A stretch of DNA of 55,630 nt from Oculatellaceae cyanobacterium bins.114 (GCA_033764315.1 JANRJA010000145.1:1-55630); one strand, 5' to 3'. Shown: positions 11,589 to 21,855, counted from the stretch's first letter. Program-made: numbers and translations. The notes: generated by a model not told the origin, from the sequence alone.

Positions 11589-11959
11589 CAGTTTTTTAAG
11601 GGTGTGGAGATAAAACCTGTCTCCAAATGCTTTGAAAACCAGGGATGGTTATCAAACTTTACGCATGGCAACACACTTCAACTTGATTTAACTTTACATT
11701 CTGGGTGAGGTCATTTAAGATTGCCGCTATTGCCTCTATATCTATGCTTGTAGCAATTCATGCTGAGGGTGGGCAAGACTAGGTTTGACCGTTGCTTTCT
11801 CAAGACGATTAGCAACACTGGCGTTCCTACACTTTAGATGGATTGCTGTAGTAGGTGTAAGGCATGAAGTCATGCTTAATCAGGGATTGTGTACGGTTAC
11901 TCCCGATCGCATCGCTTGATGAGCAGGCTTCGATGTCAAATTTGGGCTGTTTTTAACGA

Positions 11960-13894
11960 ATGCATTGGTTATCTAGCTCTTCTCCGTCTATTTCTCGACG
12001 TACTTTACTAAAACTCCTTGGAATCGGCACAGTAGGTGGATTAGTTGGCTATTCCCGGTTGATGAAACCCCAGCCAACTGTTTTTAAGCAAGATATGCTT
12101 GCCCTCCCTTATAACGTTGATCAACCTAAGCAAGTCGTGGTGGTTGGTGGAGGATTGGCAGGCTTAGCTTGTGCCTATGAGTTAAGCCAACGCGGATTTG
12201 CGGTTACGTTGCTAGAACGGGCAGCACAACTCGGTGGCAAAATTGCCAGTTGGGACATCCAAGTAGGGGATCAAGCTTTTCGCATGGAGCATGGGTTTCA
12301 TGGTTTTTTCCCACAATATTACAACCTCAAAAGCCTTGTCTCAGAGTTAGAGATTGAGAACCATTTCAAATCGCTCAACTACTACTCAGTGGTTTACAAG
12401 GATAAGAAATATGACCCAGAGGTCTTTCGTCCCAGCCATTCTGCCTTTCCCTGGAACATTGTTGATCTGGCGATCGCCTCAACGAATCGCTTGCAGTGGG
12501 GCTTGAATCTAACCAAATACGCGCACTGGCAGGTCTTTCGAGAGATCACCGGATTTCACCCTCAGAAGAGCTACAACCGATTGGATCATCTCTCTGTGGC
12601 TCAATGGGTTGAAAATGAGTTTCCACGCGGGTTGTACGATCTTTACTTCTTACCCTTTGCCAAATCTAGCTTGAACTCCCCAGATGTTATGAGTGCAGCA
12701 GAACTGATGCAGTTCTTCCACTTTTATTTCTTTGGCAATCCAGAAGGTTTGGCATTTAACGGCACCGTTCAAGATATGGGCAGAAGCCTGGTAGATCCGA
12801 TTGTCAATGCTATTACGGCAACGGGGGGACAGGTGATTACTGAGGCCACCGTCAATCGTGTTAGCTGGGATCAAGGGCAAATCAGCAGTCTAGACTATCA
12901 GGTGGGTGGCAATAGCGGCACTGTGCCCTTTTGGGTCAAGCGCAATCCTCTGTTGAGCACAGATGAGGTGGAGTTTTTTGGAGCCGGGGATGCGGTCTAT
13001 GCGATCGCGGCTAACCAACGAGAAGCGATGTCTCTCTCTTGTACTCATCAGGGGTGTACTGTTCATACTGAAACCGATGGGCACTTTCATTGCCCGTGTC
13101 ATGGGGCTGAGTATGACGACCGGGGTCGAGTCTTGCGAGGCCCTGCTCAACGCGATTTGCCCCGGTTTCAAGTGCTCAATCGCAACGGAGATCAGATTCA
13201 ACTGGTGGCAATGCAAGGGGATACAACTCCGACTCAAACGGTTCAGGCCGACTATTATGTTTTTGCAGCAGACGTTCCTGGTGTTCAGCATTTGTTCTCA
13301 CTGGCCAGCGGAGAACCTCATGCTCAGGTAGCGCAACAAGTGCAACAACTCACTGTTGCCGATCCATTTGCGGTGGCTCGGTTCTGGTTTGATCGCGATT
13401 TCGATTGGGAACACAGCGACTTCACGTCGTTGTCAGGCTACCGCCTCACCGATAGCATCACTCTATATCACCGGATTCAAGACGATTACATCGCCTGGGC
13501 AAGTCGGACAGGAGGCAGTGTCGTCGAGTTGCACGCCTATTGCTATAAAGAGAGAGAATTTCCCACACAACAGGCATTGCTCAACACCTTTGAAAACGAA
13601 CTGTATGAAATCGTGCCTGCCCTGCAATCGGCAAATCTGTTGCACTGTGAGTTGGTGAATCAGAAAAACTTTGCCGGATTTCCACCCAATAGTTTTAGCG
13701 ATCGCCCTGAAACCGCTACGCTAGTGTCTAATTTGATGTTTGCCGGAGACTGGGTGAAGATGCCATTCCCCTGTGGCTTGATGGAACGTGCCGTTAGCAG
13801 TGGTTTATTAGCCGCCAACGAAATTTTGTATCGAGAAGGTGTCCAACGGCGATCGCTCCTGACGGTTTCCCCTCAAGGGCTTCTGCAAATCTAA
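11960..13894 (+). CDS. cruE: CrtU-like carotenoid desaturase/methyltransferase with Rieske insert (probable CruE)
   Basis: FAD motif GGGLAG, EHGFHGFF, internal Rieske motifs CTHQGC and CPCHG, C-terminal AGDW...MERAV and an N-terminal RR motif. This is the architecture of cyanobacterial CruE. Confidence 0.72.
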   Translation: MHWLSSSSPSISRRTLLKLLGIGTVGGLVGYSRLMKPQPTVFKQDMLALPYNVDQPKQVVVVGGGLAGLACAYELSQRGFAVTLLERAAQLGGKIASWDIQVGDQAFRMEHGFHGFFPQYYNLKSLVSELEIENHFKSLNYYSVVYKDKKYDPEVFRPSHSAFPWNIVDLAIASTNRLQWGLNLTKYAHWQVFREITGFHPQKSYNRLDHLSVAQWVENEFPRGLYDLYFLPFAKSSLNSPDVMSAAELMQFFHFYFFGNPEGLAFNGTVQDMGRSLVDPIVNAITATGGQVITEATVNRVSWDQGQISSLDYQVGGNSGTVPFWVKRNPLLSTDEVEFFGAGDAVYAIAANQREAMSLSCTHQGCTVHTETDGHFHCPCHGAEYDDRGRVLRGPAQRDLPRFQVLNRNGDQIQLVAMQGDTTPTQTVQADYYVFAADVPGVQHLFSLASGEPHAQVAQQVQQLTVADPFAVARFWFDRDFDWEHSDFTSLSGYRLTDSITLYHRIQDDYIAWASRTGGSVVELHAYCYKEREFPTQQALLNTFENELYEIVPALQSANLLHCELVNQKNFAGFPPNSFSDRPETATLVSNLMFAGDWVKMPFPCGLMERAVSSGLLAANEILYREGVQRRSLLTVSPQGLLQI

Positions 13895-13916
13895 CGGTAG
13901 ATGGGTAGATAAATAC

Positions 13917-13944
13917 GTAAAGACGCGATTAATCGTGTCTCTGC
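13917..13944. repeat. REP-like palindrome
   Basis: GTAAAGACGCGATTAATCGTGTCTCTGC, a degenerate GTAG...CTAC-type palindrome. Confidence 0.55.
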
Positions 13945-14039
13945 CACTCATCCACTCCCTGCTAATGTGGCTATACAAACGCAATGAATTGCGTCTCTCC
14001 TGTTCAATTCCTCACCTTTTCACTCCCGTTCCCCCAACT

Positions 14040-15113
14040 ATGCTCGACACTCCCCTCTCCACCACTTCTACTCGTGATGTGCGCCGTTTGGGTATTAACC
14101 TAAACCATTGGTATGTCGTTGCCCAAAGCGGTGAAGTGCAGGCTAAGCCTGTGGGAGTGACCTTGTGGCATCAAGCGATCGTGCTCTATCGCGACCAAGC
14201 AGGTCAGGTACATGCGCTCGAAGATCGCTGCCCCCATCGGCACGTCAAGTTAAGCGAAGGAAATGTAGTAGACGGTCAGTTGGAATGTGCTTATCACGGT
14301 TGGCAATTTAACGCTGAGGGACGCTGTGCAGCCGTTCCCTATCTCGCAGACAATCAGAAGTTACCCACTTGCCAGATTCGTACCTATCCCGTGCAAGAAC
14401 AGGACGGTTTTGTCTGGCTATTTCCAGGAGATGCAACGCTGCAACATACCGTTCCCTTGATGGGCTTGCCGGAATGGGATCACCTGAATTACATCGGGTC
14501 ATTCACCACGATCGAGTGTGAGGCGCACTACTCTTACTTGATTGAAAACCTGATGGATATGCACCACGGGCATTTGCATCAAAACTATCAGGCGTGGGCA
14601 GAGGCAAAACTAGAGGATTTAGAGGAAACGAGCGATCGCGTCGTGGCGCACTATCAAGCCCAGAGCTATTACAACATCAACCAGATCTGGTCAGTGGCAC
14701 AACTATTTATCCCTGCTATGCGGCAATTGCACCCAGAGCCACTGGATGTCAGCTATGTCTATCCTCACTGGGCATCAAGCCTGGGTAACGACTTCAAAAT
14801 CTATTGTTTGCTCTGCCCCATTGACGAAACCCATACTCGTGCGTACCTCATTCATTTCACATCGTTGAATGCCTTTCCTCGGTTGCACAAACTGCCGGAA
14901 TGGTTCCGTCGTTTCATTAAAGACAGCTTTTTTGGTTCTGCAAAGGCTCTACTCGACGGACTGGTTCGCCAAGATGTGCTGATGATCGAGCAAGAACAGC
15001 AAGCCTATCTCGCGAATCCGCAACAAAAGGGATATGAGTTAAACCGGGCGTTGGGGAGCGTGCAACGGTTAATGCAACGACAAGTCGGTGACCTGCGATC
15101 GCCCCGTGAATGA
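14040..15113 (+). CDS. Rieske non-heme iron oxygenase (possible CruH)
   Basis: Rieske motifs CPHR and CAYHGW, and mononuclear iron motif ENLMDMHHGHLH. It sits next to the cruE-like gene. Confidence 0.85.
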   Translation: MLDTPLSTTSTRDVRRLGINLNHWYVVAQSGEVQAKPVGVTLWHQAIVLYRDQAGQVHALEDRCPHRHVKLSEGNVVDGQLECAYHGWQFNAEGRCAAVPYLADNQKLPTCQIRTYPVQEQDGFVWLFPGDATLQHTVPLMGLPEWDHLNYIGSFTTIECEAHYSYLIENLMDMHHGHLHQNYQAWAEAKLEDLEETSDRVVAHYQAQSYYNINQIWSVAQLFIPAMRQLHPEPLDVSYVYPHWASSLGNDFKIYCLLCPIDETHTRAYLIHFTSLNAFPRLHKLPEWFRRFIKDSFFGSAKALLDGLVRQDVLMIEQEQQAYLANPQQKGYELNRALGSVQRLMQRQVGDLRSPRE

Positions 15114-15172
15114 CTTGGGGGATTGGAGAATGTCTCATAACCAATTCAACAAATAACGGTTACAGATTAACG

Positions 15173-15200
15173 GTAAGGGCGTTTCGCAAAATGCCCTTGC
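15173..15200. repeat. REP-like palindrome
   Basis: GTAAGGGCGTTTCGCAAAATGCCCTTGC. Confidence 0.5.
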
Positions 15201-15382
15201 GAAATCATGTGCAGCAAAGCCAATTCAAATTGGTATCAGATCCATGAAGTACAAGGGTTTCCACCTCTGCACCCCGGTTTTTTGTACCTCATCAACTTCA
15301 AACGTGTTGTAAAAGAAAAGATGAAGTGGAAAAAACTACTTCATTCGAGTAAAAAAGAGGTAGACTTACGATCGCCTTTTCT

Positions 15383-15540
15383 ATGTCACCCGTCCCACCT
15401 GGGTTTATCTGCTATGCCCATCAGGATAATGAGAGTCCTGATCCAAATCGGCATCGGCGTTGGTTAGATCGATTGCTAGGGTATTTAGAACCGCTCAATC
15501 AACAAGGAAAGTTGCAAATTTGGTCAGACCAACAGTTGCT
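15383..15540 (+). pseudogene. TIR domain N-terminal fragment
   Basis: FICYAHQD...WLDRLLGYLEPL...IWSDQQL resembles the start of a TIR_2 domain. Similarity stops at the IS200 end. Confidence 0.6.
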
Positions 15541-16160
15541 TCGCTGGGGGCTTGATGAGTGTGACCGCTCTTGGGGCGGGTGTCCTTGCTGGGGGTTATT
15601 CTCGGCTACCCGCTAGAACTCCCCCCTTTATCAGCAATCTCCTTCCTGTTCTCGAATATAGTGACGCACAGCTTCTAGTTCAAATCCCACAGTTGAAACT
15701 GCATATCCTCTCGCCCAAAAGTTCTCCCCATTGAAATTGCGTTGCTTGCCACTAAATTGACGTGCAATCGCTATGGCACTCTTGCCCTTGAGAAACCCCA
15801 CCACCGATGCAACGGTGTATTTTGGGGGAATCTCAATACACATATGCACCTGGTCGGGCATCAACTGCCCTTCAAGGATACGATACTCCTTCTGCCGAGC
15901 CAGTTCATGGAAAATCGGACTTAGAAATTTCCGAATTTCTCCAAACATCACCTTGCGACGATATTTAGGCGTAAACACAATGGGATACTTACAATCCCAC
16001 TTGGAGTGAGATAGGCTTTGATACAATTCCGACATGTTCTTTCCTCCTACGGTTTTGCTTCATCAAGCCACCGTGGGAGTTACTTTATTGTGGAACGCTC
16101 AAAGCGGGTCGAGTCGCACTGGTCGAACCAGTGGCTTACCTCAGAAATTTAGCTAGGGTG
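15536..16160 (-). mobile_element. IS200-family element, degenerate (ends approximate)
   Basis: Contains tnpA and hairpins near its upstream end, for example CACTGGTCGAACCAGTG at about 16117-16133. Confidence 0.75.
15631..16035 (-). pseudogene. tnpA: IS200/IS605 TnpA (Y1 HUH transposase), probably inactive
   Basis: CKYxIVFTPKYRRK, KGKSA, FWARGY and YIREQ are present, but the HUH motif reads DQVH instead of DHVH. Confidence 0.8.
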
Positions 16161-16274
16161 GGTTTGTTTAATGGAGTCGCTTGTCTCTTTTAGGGATATA
16201 TCGGCTCATCATTGCAGGCACTGTAAAATTAGAACAACTAAGGCAAGCAATGTTTGACCAGAGGTAGAACAATT

Positions 16275-16520
16275 ATGACGGTTCAAGAACTTGAGCAACA
16301 ACTGCTTCGTCTTTCACCCTCAGACAAACTTCGTGTCATTCAACTCCTTGTTCAAAGCTTAAATACGCTTTGGAGTGATGAGCACAATCATAGTCAGTCA
16401 AGTTCACCAACACAGCTTTCTGAGTTTTTTCGTCAGTCTCCCCTGACTGAAGTGGCTGCCACTGGAGAACTTGACCTCAGCCGCGATCGCAGTCTGTCAA
16501 GCGATCGCTTCACTCTATGA
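16275..16520 (+). CDS. Putative antitoxin of the adjacent PIN toxin
   Basis: Small ORF overlapping the vapC start by ATGA, with an antitoxin-like C-terminus (ELDLSRDRS). Confidence 0.7.
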   Translation: MTVQELEQQLLRLSPSDKLRVIQLLVQSLNTLWSDEHNHSQSSSPTQLSEFFRQSPLTEVAATGELDLSRDRSLSSDRFTL

Positions 16521-16936
16521 CCTATCTTCTCGATACTTGCCTCATCTCTGAATTGGTTGCCAAGCAACCTAACTCAAACGTTGTAGCTTGGCTTGATGCC
16601 CAAACTCCAGAAACACTTTATATTAGCGTGATTACGATTGGTGAAATTGCTAAAGGTATTAGCAAACTTGCCTCATCCCAGCGTAAAGATTCCTTAGAGA
16701 CCTGGCTTAATCAAACTCTTCCAACTCGTTTTGTAGATCGAATCTTGGGCATTGACGTAACAACAATGTTGTTGTGGGGTGATTTGGTTGGACGGCTTGA
16801 GCAACAGGGTCGAACATTACCTATCATTGACTCTCTGATTGCTGCGATCGCACTTCAACACTCCTTGTCACTCGTTACCCGCAATGAAAGCGACTTTAAT
16901 GGAACAAGTGTTGCAATTGTTAATCCCTGGTTATAG
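16517..16936 (+). CDS. vapC: VapC/PIN domain toxin
   Basis: YLLDTCLISE, DSLIAAIA, LVTRNESDF and VNPW motifs. Confidence 0.92.
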   Translation: MTYLLDTCLISELVAKQPNSNVVAWLDAQTPETLYISVITIGEIAKGISKLASSQRKDSLETWLNQTLPTRFVDRILGIDVTTMLLWGDLVGRLEQQGRTLPIIDSLIAAIALQHSLSLVTRNESDFNGTSVAIVNPWL

Positions 16937-16957
16937 TAATCGATTAACAACTATTAG

Positions 16958-17716
16958 ATGATGACTCTCCAAAACAAAACCGTTCTCATTACTGGAGCCT
17001 CCGGGGGTATCGGTCACGCCACCGCGATCGCCTTTGTCACGGCTGGAGCCACAGTTGCCCTACATTACGGTCAACGACAGGAAACCGCACAACAGATTCG
17101 AGATGCCCTTCCTGGTTCGGGTCATGTCTTGGTGCAGGCGGATCTGACTGATGCGATCGCGGTAGAGCAGATGGTTAATGAGGCGATCGCCCAATTGGGT
17201 CACATCGATGTTTTGGTGAACAATGCTGGCGTATATCAGGAGCATCCATTGGATCAGGTTAGCTATCAAGAGTGGCAAACCGTCTGGCAGCAAACTTTAG
17301 GTGTAAATCTCGTAGGAGCCGCCAACATCACCTATTGCGTAGCATGCCACATGATCGAGCGGCGATCGGGACGCATCATCAACGTCTCCTCACGGGGGGC
17401 CTTTCGAGGGGAACCCAACGCAACAGCTTATGGAGCCAGCAAAGCGGGACTCAATGCGTTGAGTCAATCATTGGCGCAACACCTTGCCCCTCACAATATT
17501 GGAGTGATGACCGTCGCTCCAGGGTTTGTCGAAACCGACATGGCACGGGAGGTTTTAGAAAGTCCTGCGGGAGATAGCGTTCGCCAACAGAGTCCTCTAA
17601 ATCGGGTTGCCAAACCTGAGGAAGTTGCTCATACGGTTTTATTTTTGGCGGCAGATGAGTCTTTGTTCCTCACGGGTGGCATTGTTGATGTCAATGGAGC
17701 CAGTTACCTGCGATGA
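16958..17716 (+). CDS. SDR family oxidoreductase
   Basis: TGASGGIG, NNAG and YGASK motifs. Confidence 0.93.
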   Translation: MMTLQNKTVLITGASGGIGHATAIAFVTAGATVALHYGQRQETAQQIRDALPGSGHVLVQADLTDAIAVEQMVNEAIAQLGHIDVLVNNAGVYQEHPLDQVSYQEWQTVWQQTLGVNLVGAANITYCVACHMIERRSGRIINVSSRGAFRGEPNATAYGASKAGLNALSQSLAQHLAPHNIGVMTVAPGFVETDMAREVLESPAGDSVRQQSPLNRVAKPEEVAHTVLFLAADESLFLTGGIVDVNGASYLR

Positions 17717-17821
17717 ATATAGTTCTAGACATGATCTTCGAGGGGGGCGAGTAGTGCAGCGAGAAAAATATCAGAAGAACTTTCTTAAAATGTTGTAAAC
17801 TTTTATTAATGTTTACTTGCA

Positions 17822-18253
17822 ATGCCCATGTCTGCCAATCTTGGATTTGGAAAGCCACAGTCGCAACCCAAAGCACCTAAGCGATCGCCTGAGCGTGCTA
17901 AAGCGGCACAACAATACGATCGGCTGAAGACCGATGGCACTCCTGATTATGAGATTTACATTCGCATTCAAGGCAGACCCAATTGGTTTCCTGTTGGGGC
18001 GATCGCGATCAAGCGTTCTAGCCAAATTAACCAGGCCATCTTTGATAGTCAGCAAGAGTTGTTGCAGGGAGCGTTTCGGCTCTTTCCTATGCTGCGGAAG
18101 CACCAACAGCATTTAGAATATGGCTATCGCCTTAAAGAGTTCAAAGATGAACCTATCCAGTTGGCAGTTCCCCCTAAATCGAGCCGCAATCCTTTACAGA
18201 ATGCCGTGGGTCAACTTGGCGATCGCCTCACATCCATCTTTAAACGGGGTTAG
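17822..18253 (+). CDS. HHL1-like cyanobacterial protein
   Basis: GFG N-terminus, WFPVGAI and LEYGYRLKEFKDEPI, recognised from memory of the family. Confidence 0.7.
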   Translation: MPMSANLGFGKPQSQPKAPKRSPERAKAAQQYDRLKTDGTPDYEIYIRIQGRPNWFPVGAIAIKRSSQINQAIFDSQQELLQGAFRLFPMLRKHQQHLEYGYRLKEFKDEPIQLAVPPKSSRNPLQNAVGQLGDRLTSIFKRG

Positions 18254-18262
18254 AGCATCCTC

Positions 18263-18670
18263 ATGGGACAGTTAGAACGCTTAGTTCTCATGGCAGAGGA
18301 CGAATTGACCCAATACAGCACTGATGCTCGCAAAATTGAGAAGTTGCGCCCCAAGATAGCGTTATCGGTTCCAATCGCTGAGCAACGACAAATCAAGGAA
18401 ACGCTGCGAGCTGAGATGCCCACTGATGCGATTAGCCAGTTGGTTGAAAAACAACGTCAAACCGTTGCGCTTCCCTTTTGGGGCATTGCCGGACTCAGTA
18501 TGTTGTTGGGCATCTCCTTTATTCAACCGTTAGATCTGCTGATTACGATCGCATCTGGCTATGCTGCAATCAGAATTCAGAAGTGGGGTTGGAAGCTGCA
18601 AGCTAAACGATTAGTGATTCAAACGCTAGACGATATTGAAGATCGCATTCAAAATCCAACTCAGGATTAA
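18263..18670 (+). CDS. Hypothetical membrane protein
   Basis: 135-aa ORF co-oriented with the HHL1-like gene; carries a hydrophobic hairpin. Confidence 0.7.
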   Translation: MGQLERLVLMAEDELTQYSTDARKIEKLRPKIALSVPIAEQRQIKETLRAEMPTDAISQLVEKQRQTVALPFWGIAGLSMLLGISFIQPLDLLITIASGYAAIRIQKWGWKLQAKRLVIQTLDDIEDRIQNPTQD

Positions 18671-18694
18671 CGGGAATTCGGGATAAGGATTTTG

Positions 18695-18810
18695 GCGGTT
18701 GAAACCGCTGCTATACGAGCAAAACCGACCTGCGTCGGTTCAGTAAACTTTTGGTTTTGGTAGTCCGCGACGGCAGACTTTGCTCTGGTAGTCGCGAATT
18801 GATTCGCTGG
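18695..18810. repeat. REP doublet / short dispersed repeat
   Basis: Nested hairpins GCGGTTGAAACCGC, AACCGACCTGCGTCGGTT, AGTCCGC...CAGACT and GCGAATTGATTCGC. Confidence 0.6.
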
Positions 18811-19028
18811 GCTGCTTAAACTGAACTGACGTACTTTAGGTCTAAAGGGTCAATGTGAGAGCCTGGTTTGCGACCCTTCCCCATCCCCTCTCTCCTGATT
18901 GGCAAGCAAAACGCTAGCCAGCGTAGCCGAGTCATATTCCTTTCCCGCTTGTCTCTTGTTTCGCGATCGCCCAAAGCGGTAAGCTCAGACACAACGTGAT
19001 TTGAAACACATCGCAGCGGGATAGGCCA

Positions 19029-19874
19029 ATGGCAAACGGGGAACACATCATTGAAGTCGGCTCTCTCAACTGGTTTTATCGGGAGGCTTTACCCCTGGGC
19101 AATAGCGATCGCCTCCCGGTTTTGTTGTTGCATGGGTTGGTGTCTCAGAGCTATGGCTGGCGTGAGGTATTGCCTGCTCTAGCAGAAGAGGGGTTTCGAG
19201 CGATCGCCCCCGATTGGATTGGGTCTGGCTATTCTGCGAAGCCCGATCGTCGCGATTTTGCTTATACCCCAGAGGTATTTATTGAAGCGTTGGGGAGTTT
19301 GGTTGATGCGCTTCAGTTAGAGCAATTTCATTTAGTGACTCAAGGATTTTTGGGTTCTGTCGGCATCCAATATGCCTTACGTCACCCTGAACGGGTCGAT
19401 CGTCTGGCAATTCTCAACGCCCCTGTGACTCAAACCGCGACTGTGCCCTGGCGCATTCGGCAAATGGGGATACCGCTGGTGGGTGACATGATCACTCAAG
19501 ATCCCCTCCTGGTCGATCGCACCTTAGAGGGAGGTGGGGGCTATCGTGTTGAAGATAAGGATTTAGACATCTATCGTCGTCCCTGGATCAAAAGCTCAGA
19601 TGCTGGACGGGCACTGTTAGCTACGGTGCAAAACCTGCAACTCAAAACGGTCACGGCTGAGATTGAGACGGGGTTACAACAGTGGCAGCATCCCTTGCTT
19701 TTGGCGTGGGGAATTCGGGATCCCTGGTTGCCTGTTGACATAGCACAGACCTTTGCTCAATCCCTTAAAGGAACGGAGTTTGTCACATTAGAGGAAGTGG
19801 GTCACTATCCTCAAGAAGACTGGCACGAAAAAGTTAGTGCTACTTTAGCTCTATTCTTTAAGCGACGGTTTTAG
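19029..19874 (+). CDS. Alpha/beta hydrolase (haloalkane dehalogenase-like)
   Basis: LLLHG, APDWIGSGYS and GHYPQED motifs. Confidence 0.9.
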   Translation: MANGEHIIEVGSLNWFYREALPLGNSDRLPVLLLHGLVSQSYGWREVLPALAEEGFRAIAPDWIGSGYSAKPDRRDFAYTPEVFIEALGSLVDALQLEQFHLVTQGFLGSVGIQYALRHPERVDRLAILNAPVTQTATVPWRIRQMGIPLVGDMITQDPLLVDRTLEGGGGYRVEDKDLDIYRRPWIKSSDAGRALLATVQNLQLKTVTAEIETGLQQWQHPLLLAWGIRDPWLPVDIAQTFAQSLKGTEFVTLEEVGHYPQEDWHEKVSATLALFFKRRF

Positions 19875-20004
19875 CCGCGATCGCATGGGGCAATAACCAC
19901 ATAATTTTCTCTAAAAGTGGTCGTTTTAATTTAAGTAAATACATCTATCTTTAGAGGGATGACCTGGGTAAGGTCTGGGAGAAATCTTCTGTTGAGATGC
20001 TCCT

Positions 20005-20496
20005 ATGCCTTCTTTGTCGTCTGCAAATTACCACCTCGCCCAAGTCAATACTGCTATCTTGCGCCTACCACTATCTCATCCAGATGCAGCGGATTTTGTC
20101 GCGCAGATTAACCATATCAACTCAATTGCAGACGCTGATCCGGGGTTTGTTTGGCGATTGCGAGCTGAAGGATCGGAAGATGCAACTCAACTGCGAGTGT
20201 TTGAAGATGAACGCATTTTGATTACCCTAACGGTTTGGCGATCGCTAGAGTCGTTGTCAAATTATGTCTATGGTCATGCTCATGCAGGCATCATGCGCGA
20301 TCGGCGTCGCTGGTTTGAAAAAAGTGATAGTCCCAATTTGGCCATGTGGTGGATTCCGGCAGATCACACGCCCACAGTTGAAGAAGCCAAAGAGCGGCTG
20401 TGTCACTTGCAGCAACACGGTTCCACACCCTATGCCTTTTCGTTCAAACACCCCTTTGCGGTAACAGAATCCGTTTTAGTTGAGATGGTTGTTTAA
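20005..20496 (+). CDS. DUF3291 family protein
   Basis: HLAQVN, ADADPGFVWR, RRRWFE and GSTPYAFSF pattern. Confidence 0.8.
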   Translation: MPSLSSANYHLAQVNTAILRLPLSHPDAADFVAQINHINSIADADPGFVWRLRAEGSEDATQLRVFEDERILITLTVWRSLESLSNYVYGHAHAGIMRDRRRWFEKSDSPNLAMWWIPADHTPTVEEAKERLCHLQQHGSTPYAFSFKHPFAVTESVLVEMVV

Positions 20497-20507
20497 TACC
20501 AAAAAGT

Positions 20508-20818
20508 TATACCAATTGAATTGCAAGTATGTGAAAACCAAGCATTGGGGGAGTCTCCCCCAAACCCCCATTGGGGGACGCCACTGCCTCCCCCAAACCC
20601 CCTAGCAGACAGTGTTTCAGCTTACCCAAAGACGCGCTTCGCATCTGTTCCAAGTCCGGGTGTTTTGGGTGAGGGCAAGACTCTTAGCAACGGCTCAATA
20701 TCCCTAAAAGTTAGAGATTTAGGGGTTAAGAGGACTTGTGTGTACACGGTAGCCTTTTTAAGGGGGATGCCGGAGGCAGGGGGATCTGATGTGTCGCATT
20801 CATAACTCAAATTGGTAT
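20508..20818. mobile_element. Composite MITE: outer ATACCAATT...AATTGGTAT element with an inner partial copy (20532-20754) of the element at 32171
   Basis: Terminal inverted repeats are visible. The inner segment is the reverse complement of about 32171-32394 and ends in TGTGTGTACACGGTAGCC. Confidence 0.7.
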
Positions 20819-20919
20819 CAATTGGTATCATTTTCAACAAAATCATGAGAACGGGTGAAGTGCAACTTTTAGGAGAGCCGCTATGATAAGCGACTATTTA
20901 CTTTCACCCAAGACACCCC

Positions 20920-21855
20920 TTGAACGCTGATCTGCAAAAACCATCAACCCAAACAGGTGCCATCTACGCCATTCTCGCCTATACCACCTGGGGCATGTTG
21001 CCCATCTACTGGAAATTTTTTGGGCAGGTTCCGGCAATAGAGGTGCTCACACATCGGGTAATCTGGTCGATGGTTTTTCTCACAGGGTTGCTGTTTTTGC
21101 AACACCGCCGAGCAGAATTTAGTAGCCTGTGGCAGGCTCCCGGTAAATTAGCTGTGTTGTTTACCACCGCTGCTCTGCTTGCCTTTAATTGGGGTTTGTA
21201 TATTTACGCGGTCAACGCCAATCATGTGATCGAGACCAGTTTGGGTTACTTCATCAACCCACTGGTCAACGTGCTGCTGGGGTTTATCTTCCTCAAAGAA
21301 AAGCTGACTCGATGGCAATGGTTTGCGGTTATGTTAGCCACCGTTGGAGTCGCTTATTTTGTGTTGCAATTTGGTCGGGTGCCGTGGATTGCCTTAGCTC
21401 TGGCTTTTTCGTTTGGGTGCTATGGCTTGTTACGCAAAATGGTGGCAGTCGCTCCAATGGTGGGTCTGGCAATGGAAACGTTGCTCGTGACGCCGATCGC
21501 TCTAGCCCTGACCGGATATTGGGCAGTCACAGGCGTGGGTCACTTTGGCATGGGTTGGGGCATCACCCTGTTATTTATGGGAGCCGGGATAACGACTTCG
21601 TTGCCGTTGCTGTGGTTTAACAATGCCGCTAAACGAATGCAACTCTCGACGTTGGGGTTCTTTCAATACCTCGCACCTAGTTTGCAGTTGGTGCTAGGGG
21701 TGTTGCTCTATCATGAGCCATTTACTGTGACTCATATCGTCACGTTTGGGTTGATCTGGTCGGCTCTGTTGGTGTATTCCACTACGTCGTTGATGCGGCA
21801 GAGGGGAGCCGGACGGGTCTTCGGCGAACCTACCAACCCATCCGACTCGGTTTGA
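20920..21855 (+). CDS. rarD: EamA family transporter RarD
   Basis: WGMLPIYWK, ETSLGYFINPL, YGLLRK and LGFFQYLAPSLQ; about 10 transmembrane helices. Confidence 0.92.
   Translation: MNADLQKPSTQTGAIYAILAYTTWGMLPIYWKFFGQVPAIEVLTHRVIWSMVFLTGLLFLQHRRAEFSSLWQAPGKLAVLFTTAALLAFNWGLYIYAVNANHVIETSLGYFINPLVNVLLGFIFLKEKLTRWQWFAVMLATVGVAYFVLQFGRVPWIALALAFSFGCYGLLRKMVAVAPMVGLAMETLLVTPIALALTGYWAVTGVGHFGMGWGITLLFMGAGITTSLPLLWFNNAAKRMQLSTLGFFQYLAPSLQLVLGVLLYHEPFTVTHIVTFGLIWSALLVYSTTSLMRQRGAGRVFGEPTNPSDSV

Noticed and set aside
18816..19046. Small minus-strand ORF or ncRNA upstream of the hydrolase
   Set aside because: There is an RBS-like sequence, but no recognisable protein or RNA family motif to support it.
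20521..20846. ORFs at 20521 and 20622, and similar ORFs at 32111-32652
   Set aside because: They are chance translations of MITE and heptamer repeat DNA.
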